The notes under the pieces are model-generated. The model did not search any database. It worked only from the letters and a program-made list of their open reading frames with translations, and was not told where the DNA came from. The translations under genes were made by a program, and so were the position numbers. DNA of 54,947 nt, filler included, from Sphacelaria rigidula (lineage: Eukaryota): the NCBI GenBank assembly GCA_964200075.2. It is 5 parts of 5 records of this genome, joined end to end, with 100 filler letters (N's around TTAATTAATTAA, not from the genome) between each part and the next. Parts side by side here need not be neighbours in the genome. Positions count along the whole stretch, not along the records: positions 22,021 to 32,929 come from CAXNAA020005697.1; positions 33,030 to 43,938 come from CAXNAA020005698.1; 3 more parts are not named here. One strand, 5' to 3'. Positions 24,553 through 33,636 of this stretch are shown piece after piece. Each line of letters opens with the position of its first letter. The first letter of the stretch is position 1.

Positions 24553-27500
24553 CGAACAACAACAGCAAGAGCACACAACAACAGCAATAACAACAAAATA
24601 ATAGCAAACTAACGATATGCTTGTGTGCGATTCATCCGACGTACGGGATGCACCTCAAGTTCGGAATATTAATGCAGGCCAGAGCGTGCACGACATTTTC
24701 AGATGGGTACTGATAAGTAAGCTACAGCCCGAGCATGGATTGGCGAAGTACGCGATGGGGTCAGCATCAGGGCGTGATCGGACGATTCTTGTGGACTTCC
24801 CGCTGACAAGGTTGGCTAAGGAGTCATAGTCGGAAGTGAATTGGAGCGGGTGCTTCAAGAACCGGCGGAGGATAGCTCCGCGCGATTTGCTAATTGCGGA
24901 CAAGGAGCTCGGTCAAGCTGGATGTGTATTTCAACATGCGAAGTGGTCAAGTTCAAATCAGCAAAACCTGAGTCAGCCGAAAGAAAACACTACTGTACTG
25001 TGTGCGTGCTGTCGCTGAGGGAAGCTGTTGCCTCAGTGACTACCAGCTGGTATTCCAACACCTCAGATTTGCACTAGGTTTTGAAGGACCAACTCGAGCT
25101 CTGCGCGTAGATCTGAGTTGTGGGCCAACACAACCGCTACGCTTTGTTTGGAGGGTTGAGTACGGGGGCCCATGTGAAAGGCCGTCACTGGCGCTCCTAC
25201 ATGGTGCTGGGGAAAATGAGCAAGAAATATGGGCCGATTGTATCGCGGGCTGTCAACTAATCTTCCCTAGTGTTGCCGATGGCGTCGAGACTTTTGGAAA
25301 TCGACGTCGGCACGCCACAGGTCGGCGCAATCGGTCGTAAGGACGCAGGGTTTCTGGTGTTGAGGATAGAGTTATCATGAGTCGACCCCGTCCGCTGGTG
25401 TACATCAGCGGAGTTGTGGTTGGTGCGAGAGGAACCATCTCCTCGGCGACGACCAGAATTGCGATTGTTGCTGTTGTATCGGTGGCCGCGAGTAGAGCGC
25501 TTGTTGACACGATTGTCGGAAGGAGTCGAAAGGAGTGTAACAATGTCTGTGTGGTGTACGACAAACGTGCATTCCTTGTTGCCATCGGCGTTACGCTGGT
25601 CCGTTGTTGACCTGCACTTGAGGGTTCGTGATATCGAATGTTTTGGTACATGCGTTGGTACAGTCCCCCGCTCCGTGACGTTGGATATTCCAGTTGATGC
25701 GAATGTCGGCGTAGCTGCTAAAATCGTGGCGTCTAGCAAAGGACGAGAGAAGACGACTTCACGAGAGCAATGCCACGGTGGGGGTATCGTTTTCTCCCTG
25801 AGGCTCCTTGTTGTAGGAGCCTCGCGATGACAAACATCTGGGCCTTGGCGTGCAACCTCAGGCAAGTTCCCGGCTGAAAAGTGCACCCATACCGTGGCAT
25901 CACACACAATTGGGAATTATCCGCTGCAAAAGCCTGGTTTTTATCAGAGTACGGCCAATCCTTCAAAGGTCGCGCGAAGCAGGTCTTTTTTACCTTTTAC
26001 TTTCATGACTCAACCAGCGACAGAGTTGGACGCCAAGTCAATACGCGACCAATCTGATCACGTCTGTGAGATCCAGAGATAGTGCGAGGGAAACTCACCA
26101 CCACCTCACATGGTAGAAAGAGGCTATTGAGCACAATGTACTGAGGCAGAGCGTGTTCTTACATTCCCCCATCTTTAGTCACATCTCACGGTCCGTAACA
26201 TCGCCCTAGATCTCGGGTGTATCTCTGTGGGAAATAAAATGATATTTCCCTGAACTCGCCGTCTGATGGCGATATTACGTATGCACGCACGTAAGCAAGC
26301 CAGTGACGCAACCAGAACGGCGCAACTGGCATCAATTCACAATAACTTTTGATACGTGGCGTTGGCAACTTAGACCATGATTGAATCCAGGGGTGAATTG
26401 TCTAAAGGGGAAACCAATCCTGTATACTTGAAGGGGGATACCGCAGCTACTCTCCCATGGGTGACACGCCGCGGTGGCGCCCGGAATCCACGAGCGGCGA
26501 CTTCAATGCGCTTGCTTGGTATGCTTAGCCTGAGGGATGAGAGTGTTACAAGGCACACCACATCACACGGCTCGGCAACATGATCTTGCGGGCGTTCTCG
26601 CTCTCATAGGAGTTGCTACATCGACATTTCAAAATAAATGTGGGAGTTCGAAATTTCGGGGACGATGCAGACGAGACAGCGTCGACAGCGAAGTATATCT
26701 AGATCCAGTTATAGGAGAAGACGCCATGGCTTGGAAGTTGGCAACATTGTACCATATTTATTTCTCTCCAGGCGAAATAAGTTGCCCATGGCGATTGACA
26801 GATTGTCGGTGAGACAGTATTTTCACACATTAGTCGGGATTGATGTACAACTCCACACACTACTAGTCTCGGGCAGTCAAGGCTGGTTGAAGCAGGGAGT
26901 GCCCTGAACGAAAAAGGAGTGCGCATTCGACGCCTCCTCTCGGCTCACGTTGAGGCAGGGGCACAGTTTAATTACCTCATGAGGCGAGGGAGGTGACGTG
27001 CTGAGTATCTTCATACATTTCATGCCGGGCGGCGTAGATTATATGCATCCAGTAACGGCAAGATCCACAAGGACTTCGGCCTTACACGAGGGACCTTTGT
27101 ATCCAAGAGATATGGCGGGTAGTAGAACAAGCAATTTGAGCGGCATGCAGCCGACCGCGTAGAATTTTGCTTCAAGGTGCACGAACGTGGCCAAAAGAGG
27201 CAGGGGCCTCTTCTCCATCGAGATCGTTATCCACCACAATCCCACAAGCAGTTATGAGATCCTGGGCAAGCACTAGGAAGTAGTGCTCGCTCTAACGACG
27301 GTACACACCCAGAGTTGGACGCCAGTGCCTCGCCGGCGACTTACACATCACTGTCCACGTGAAAAGCGTCGACGCCTGAGCAGCCAACCACAGCATTAAG
27401 CACAATTGTACAGCGACAACGGGGATACCACTCAGAATACGCGCTCTTTTCGCGACGTGTGAGCGGCGCAACTCGCCGTGCAGAGACCGGCATCCTACCC

Positions 27501-30500
27501 GCAGTATTTCAGCGAGAAGGCTGTTGAAGTACAAGTGCCTTCACGAGATACATTGGGTTAGGGTTAGGGTTAGGGGACTCGGGGGCTGAATCCCGGGCAC
27601 TCGCGACTGATGCCGCAGCGGGCGGCGTTCAACCCGGACAAGGGACCTAATGGGGGTGTAGCAGCGATTTTTTCGTAGGGTGGTGTAACGATAACGACAA
27701 CAAATGTATGAAGGAGGACGCTGCTAAATGGAAAGCCTGAGGAATAAACAGAAAGAGTGAAGATATGTTGGATGGTGGAGGGAAAAGGGGAAGATATTCT
27801 TTGCGTAGTCGACACTGAGGGTGGGTTGCCCGTTTCGTTTCCTTTTGCGTGCGGTGTGCAATTGGCACCAGGATGGAGGAACGCTGCACAAGGTGGAAAG
27901 GTATGAATATCCTCCTCCTTTACCATGGTGCTTGTTTGTTGCACGTGTACGCTTTGCTTTGCATGTCTGACTACTCAGGGAACCTAACAGTATATATTCC
28001 AGACTCACGAGGTGGGCAACGTGGAGGGTCAAGGCTTAGCGGGATCTGACGTCTGCGGATCGGGAAGATGCTAGCGATCAGATTGCAACAGAATACGAGT
28101 CGAATCGTGCATAACAGGAAATACATGGCTATGTTGGTCGCCGGAAGAGAAGAGAGATGTCCTACACGAATAATTTAGATAGGATCCACGGCACAGTCCA
28201 GTATAGTTTGGTACTCTTGGCCATGCAGCACAAGCAACGCTATTGTTTCCCTCGTACTCGCCCAGCGAGTTCTACTACAATTCAGCGTACCCCTAGGGAA
28301 GGTATTATTCGTGGAGTAGACCTTGAGAATGATTGCCTGTTTCGTTTCCATTTGTGTGCGGTGTGCATTTAGCACCGGGATCCATCTGAAACAATGCTAC
28401 GTGAGGGGGAAAGGCACTGAACTGCTCCTTTTCACTGCAGGTTGCCTGATGAAGAACATCGACGAAGAATATTTCCTGTTCCCGAGTGGGGCAACATGCG
28501 GTATACCAGAATATCCATGTGGGATATTCATGTAGTGGATGAAGGTTGCATACCCTGGACAATAGAATAGACAGTCAAAAAGTGTACTGCGTACAGCATG
28601 GACTATTGCGCCTATTGCGATAGACAATAGATTCCACACTGTACGCAGTACATTTTTTGACAATAGAGTCTGTTGTCCAGGGTGTGGAAGGTTGGATGAT
28701 AATGCAGGACAGCGAAACTTGAGTTGACAATAGGGGTGACCACGGAGTAATGGTCCGACACCAATCTCACTTGTGAATGCATCTACGTCATTTTACACCC
28801 ACGTACCAAATGCACGGAGACAAGGCACTACACTGAAGAATCATAGGCGGAATTGACACACCCACCTCATGGCGTCCGTGATTTCAAGGCTAGACGCGGC
28901 GAAGTAGAATATCTCGATGGCATAGTGCTTGTTCCACATGTCTAGCAAGGGGCTGTAGCCGGCTGTCTCCGGCGTCATGCCCATATTGAGGAAATTTTCG
29001 CGGGCCGTAGATTTCGAATCAGTAACTCTTATTGCCGTTCGCTTACTGTCCAGCTGAAGAGTATAAGCTGCGCGTGAGTGGTAACGAAGGCAACGGGGAA
29101 CAACGGGGTACACGATCTGCGTCGACATGCCAGCACTGCACTGAAGAGATTCGTACAGAAAATACACGAATTGCTTGTTGTCAACATGCCGCTACTGGGT
29201 CAAACAACTGATCGCCTCGAGAGGCAAGTGGGTCGGAATCCGTCACCACCCGACGTAAGAGAGCTGTCGGCAACCACGATAGAGGAGTCGGCACCGATTG
29301 ATATCAGCATACCCATGTCAATCAAACCAAAAAGCGGCCACTCGAACCCACTAAAACCTTGCTTGCTCGGTCCAATTTGTACCGTTATTGAATGATACCA
29401 GGAGCAATGAGCCTCGCGGTTGAAGGGACGTTACGATCACCTGCCGCCTGAACCCGCTTGAACGAATGTTATGGTTAGGGTTGGGGTTAGTTTTCGGAGT
29501 GGAAGATAACTACAACCGTTTCTGCACACAACAAGACTCGTGCAATAATATGGAGTTCATTGACCACGTCTAGCAGACGAGTTTGTGTCAAGTTAGCGGG
29601 CCTTTGTGCGCGATAGGTGAGTCCCATAAGCCCTGTTTTCATCAGTTTGTTCCAAATGTAGCCGGCAGAGATGATCCTTACAGACAGTGATGCCGAGCAG
29701 ACCGAAATGGGCAACTTTCAGTGCAAAGTCCTCTGGGTCATCGTCTCGCCTCAGGTCCACCTGGGTGCCGTCGAACTTGATGATGCTCGTCTCTATCACG
29801 TAGTCCGCGACAGTCTAGACAAACAAGAACCGGCCAGGCGTACACAAAGACAGCGACATGGACGGCATTTGTTCTGCTGTCAAATCAGGAGGACAGCATG
29901 TGTTTTGACCCCCAGGGTTCGAAACAGCCGACCGGCTCTATGGCGTGCATGTGATATCCACAGTTTGGGTCGCTCCTGCTCGCGTGCATACCACGTATCA
30001 AGCCCAATGGTGATAACCCACCGTAACGACGTGCTAATGCGGATGGGACCACGCGTATTCAGCTCGTCTGATAATGGCAGATTCCTGCTCCACTCACAGG
30101 GGGCAACGACTTTCATTTCATAGGTAAAACTCTATCCCCTTCCGATTCCGTCGACTCGCTGGAGTGTCGAAGTGGGACCCTTGTTGTTACCTGAGTTTGG
30201 CCGGTGCCGTGGCACAACGTGTTTATTACTCCGCCATACGTCACAGATTCCAAGACCACGTCTGACTCGAGATACATTCCGCGCCACACGCCCCTACACG
30301 AGAGAGAGCACGAGCCAGAAAAGTGCAGACATCAATGAGGGTTGATCAGGGTGATCATCAGATCTCCACCCACATCCGTAATGAGCGGCCACCTTCTGGA
30401 AAGTTGGTATAAGCAGATGCCTACATACAGAATCAGAATTTTTGGGGTCCACGTGGGATATGAGGGCAGACCCGCATCTTCCACGACAGGGTGAACTGCT

Positions 30501-30681
30501 ACGTTGCACAGCTAAACCAAATGCGATTCACAGCAGCTAAGCGGCAGTTGACGAGGTTAGTGGCCTGCGGGTCTTGCGGCCCCACGTCGCTTTCGACGGC
30601 CAGAAGACATCACTCTCACCTCTCTTTGGCGTCGAAGAACGTTCCCAAGTCACCACCTGTCACGCCGGGACCGATGACGAC
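22253..30681 (-). CDS. FAD-linked oxidoreductase (VAO/PCMH fold, aldonolactone oxidase GULO/ALO-like), internal exons only
   Basis: Phase-consistent GT-AG exons 30681-30620 (VVIGPGVTGGDLG), 30293-30191 (DVVLESVTYGGVINTLCHGTG), 29814-29682 (TVADYV..FDG..DFALKVAHFGLLGITV), 29067-28866 (YTLQL..IEIFYF), 22953-22866 (WDPNSDIVFIKAFDRTENP), 22366-22253. A possible further 5' exon is 30980-30897. Start and stop were not found. Confidence 0.8.
24517..24595. repeat. (CAA)n microsatellite preceded by an A-rich tract
   Basis: Direct reading of the sequence. Confidence 0.9.
24640..26110 (-). mobile_element. Highly degraded Ty3/Gypsy-like remnant (RNase H traces, possible gag-like stretch)
   Basis: GAILRRFLKHPLQFTSDYDSLANL resembles the WAIKRLR..TDH..L RNase H motif of the 20949-21305 element, with ASDG..GPVL traces near 25190. 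The rest is unassignable. Confidence 0.3.
26190..28381 (+). mobile_element. Decayed tyrosine-recombinase retrotransposon (DIRS order, Ngaro-like): RNase H, YR and split direct repeats
   Basis: RNase H-like LKGDTAATLPWVTRRGGARNPRAATSMRLLGML. YR fragments QYFHTLVGIDVQLH, YASSNGKIHKDFGLTRG, EYALFSRRVSGATRRAETG..FQREGC*STSAFTRYI..QPGQGT. Downstream diverged direct repeats at 27788-27874 and 28296-28381. Confidence 0.78.
27555..27575 (+). repeat. Interstitial telomeric repeat GGG(TTAGGG)3
   Basis: Direct reading; lies inside the YR reading frame. Confidence 0.85.
28549..28686. mobile_element. Complete 138-nt foldback MITE
   Basis: CATACCCTGGACAATAG..GTCAAAAAGTGTACTGCGTACAG is inverted against CTGTACGCAGTACATTTTTTGAC..TTGTCCAGGGTGTG. 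Other copies at 14265 and 43700. Confidence 0.85.
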
Positions 30682-31056
30682 CTGTGTTCGAAACCAGGGA
30701 CCAATCACGATTCGAACTGCTCGTTGTCTTGCGCTGTTTCCATCTCACTTCTCTGTTTACGTAGAGAGCATCCCCAGGTTTCAATCGCATATGTCGCCTA
30801 TCCTTACTCTCGGGAGTTGGAGTGTTGGGTGACCTAAGTGATAGGGCCGCTACTACTGTACGACAGCGAGGGATTCCTGACACCAGTTTGATCCACTGAT
30901 CTCGCCCCCGACATCGCGGTTCCTGTCTGTTTTCTCAACTCGGCAACGTAGTGGGGGTGCAAGACAACGTCCGGGCGAATCTACATTTCCACCAAAAGTG
31001 GCAGTGGGATGCAGAGACAGCAGTGAAGAGCAGATTGTTTGTGTGACGAGGATATC

Positions 31057-31267
31057 TGTGATGCGTGAGAGGACTGCGTGCTTAGAGGACCGCATCGGAA
31101 TTTGAACATCCTTATGGTGAGGGTTAGGGTTAGGGTTAGTGTTGGGGTTAGGGTCAGGGGCGTGGTACCTGCAGGGACTGACCCGACTTGTTATGAAAAA
31201 CGTCGACACTGAGGTGTTTTGAACTACAGCGTGGTCCTCTAAGCACGAGGTCCTCTCACGCATTACA
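31057..31267 (+). mobile_element. MITE with ~37-nt TIRs and internal telomere-like (TTAGGG) tract, copy 1
   Basis: TGTGATGCGTGAGAGGACTGCGTGCTTAGAGGACCGC ... GTGGTCCTCTAAGCACGAGGTCCTCTCACGCATTACA; internal GGGTTAGGGTTAGGGTTAGTGTTGGGGTTAGGGTCAGGGG. Confidence 0.8.
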
Positions 31268-31487
31268 ACTAACCCATCCATGAAAACCCACGTAACTACG
31301 CAGAAAAAGCCCTCGTTATAAAATCGCCAGCTCATCCCACAAATTGTTGCAACAGGAGCTGAACTAGCGACGAATGCCGGCCCATTTTTGAGCGTTCAAC
31401 AGGAAACTTGTTCCGAGTATGCGACGAACGGTAGGGGGTACTACTACTTCCTGTGTTGTTGGTCCGCGGGAATGCGGTGCGCAGTTA

Positions 31488-31533
31488 AACTACGACGCGG
31501 TCCTCTGAGCACGCGGTCCTCCCACGCATTATA
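31488..31533 (+). mobile_element. Solo TIR of the same MITE family
   Basis: AACTACGACGCGGTCCTCTGAGCACGCGGTCCTCCCACGCATTATA. Confidence 0.65.
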
Positions 31534-31824
31534 CAGACAGCGTACAACAGCCAGTGCATTACTGTGCACCCTGCAGAAGCAGCAGTGATATAATAATGTA
31601 TTTCACTGTTCTCTCGACAACACTGTGACGCATATTTCACAGTTTATTATAGTGCTGGATTCTGCCTTTTGGGCATTCCGCATATGCAAATATCGGCCGG
31701 GCCTGTAGCTATTGCCGTGGGTGGGTGTGGGTAATAGGAACGTGGAAATGCTGCACGATTACCGGCAAAACACGCCCGTGATAGATCTGAAGGTATCGCG
31801 CAAAGATCACATGGTTCGTTTTTT

Positions 31825-32059
31825 TGTCACACGCGTGAGAGGACGGCGTGCTTGGAGGACCGCAACGTAGTTCAAAACACCTCACGATCGACGTTTTTCG
31901 AAACCAATCGGGCCATTCCCTGCAGGGACCACACCCCTGACCCTAACCCCAACACGAACCCTAATCCCAACACGAACCCTAATCCCAACCCTAACCATAG
32001 GTAGGGGTGTTGAAACTCCAATGCGATCCCCTAAGCACGCGGTCCTCTCACGTATTACA
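31825..32059 (-). mobile_element. Same telomere-repeat MITE, copy 2 in opposite orientation
   Basis: Reverse-complement match to 31057-31267 over its whole length, with a duplicated CCCAACACGAACCCTAAT unit in the CCCTAA tract. Confidence 0.8.
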
Positions 32060-32172
32060 GCGCTTTACCCCCCTCCCTTCCTCGAAATCAGTCCGTGGTC
32101 TTAAGCGATCGACCCACCTCTCCCCCCCGGTACGAGCTTGGCCAGCCGAGAAGCGATTCTGTAGTTTGCACG

Positions 32173-32444
32173 CCAATTATACGGCCAATATTAAGAGTTG
32201 GACCCTGAAATTTGGCATGGACAATGAATAGGGCATGGTAAAAAATATTACCAGTGCACACAAGTTTGTTTGTTTTTTTTCCATGAGTTAGGGGCATTTT
32301 ACCGATATCTGAAAACTGATCATTGCCCTCAACTCATGATAAAAGAAACGAAACCCTTATACGCACTGATAATTTTTAACTATGCCATATTCATTGTCCA
32401 TACCACGTTTCAGGGTTCAACTCCAAGTATTGGCCGTATGATGG
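32173..32444. repeat. Long imperfect inverted repeat (~125-nt arms, ~22-nt loop) inside a probable non-autonomous element (~32131-32890)
   Basis: Arm 32173-32298 pairs with arm 32321-32444 (e.g. ATACGGCCAATA/TATTGGCCGTAT, ATGGACAATGAATA/TATTCATTGTCCAT). Confidence 0.8.
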
Positions 32445-32929
32445 GCCGTTTAGTGACGGGGTCAGAAGAAATTTGGAACAGCATTTTGCAGGCCACTTAC
32501 CGGTCCATCTTCGGTGTTTGTGTATTGAAACTTTGTGTGGGCCGTAGTTAGGGCACAATCAACAAAGCAAAGTGGGTGAGGCTGTTTGTTTTTCTTCACT
32601 GGCTCATGGCGTTTTAGCATAGAAACCGCCATTCTTTAACGAGAACGCCCGAACCTCTCCCCCCACAAAAAAAAGTGAGGGCCCATTTTTTTTGTTCAGC
32701 ATACCTCTGTGGTTCTTTATCCTGATTTTCCAATTGCAATGATAAAATTTGAGCTAAAAAATTAAGTTAGGGCCCAAAAGCAGTGTTCATTTCTCCTAAA
32801 AACTGCCCCAAAAACCCGAAAAAATGAAGAAAAAAACCCCGAAAAAAATGAGAAAAAAAAAAGCTGTGTTCATACGAGCTGGGCCAGCCTAAAAACGGAT
32901 TTAAGCTCTAAAAGCAATATCTCATCGAC

Positions 32930-33029
32930 NNNNNNNNNNNNNNNNNNNNNNNNNNNNNNNNNNNNNNNNNNNNTTAATTAATTAANNNNNNNNNNNNNNN
33001 NNNNNNNNNNNNNNNNNNNNNNNNNNNNN
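32930..33029. other. Artificial spacer
   Basis: N-run with TTAATTAATTAA, 100 nt. Confidence 0.97.
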
Positions 33030-33098
33030 GCCTAGGGTGCAAACGACACCTCAAACTGTGGTTCGATTTATCGCAATAATCATACGTGTTTTTTTCGA

Positions 33099-33249
33099 TG
33101 TCCTTGTTGTTGAGGCCGCCGCCTATGATCCGACGACTAAGCAAAAGGTGTCCTTGTTGTTGAGGCCGCCGCCTATGATCCGACGACCAAGCAAAAGGTG
33201 TCCTTGCTGTTGAGGCCGCTGCCCATGGTCCGACGACTAAGCAAAAGGT
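33099..33249. repeat. Minisatellite, 3 x 50 nt
   Basis: Unit TGTCCTTGTTGTTGAGGCCGCCGCCTATGATCCGACGACTAAGCAAAAGG at 33099, 33149 and 33199, with no spacers between units. Confidence 0.92.
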
Positions 33250-33636
33250 CGGCCAGTGACGGTCTTCCAGGGACAGCACTTTTCGAAACCGTTTAGTACA
33301 ACTCCGGAAGGAAAATGGCGCGAACGCCCGCCCATCTTGATACTCAAAGTAGTTTACCTGGTGTGCGAAAGAGCGGCCGCTGTACTGTCCGTTGTCCGCA
33401 GCTATGTACTACACTGCCCCATCTGCACTGCTCCGCTGCACGTACCCTGCAGTATGCTGCTACAGTTGTGCTGCATGCACGTACTGAACAACCATGTGCT
33501 ACACCGGATGGTACTGGGTGTACAGTAACACAGCGGTACTGGCTGTAGTGATGCTCCATTGTATACTATGCTGTCTGTACTCGACGTGTGCAGCTGTATC
33601 CTCATATATATTTTCTATCTGCACAGCTGGGCGCAC

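Noticed and set aside
23860..24895. Two phase-2 segments (KSRGAILRRF.. and DVKIMKLCP..) as extra oxidase exons
   Set aside because: Weak donors, they would split the contiguous EIFYF..WDP motif, and the first looks like Ty3 RNase H decay.
33099..33249. CRISPR-like array
   Set aside because: Units are contiguous with no unique spacers, no cas genes, eukaryotic context.
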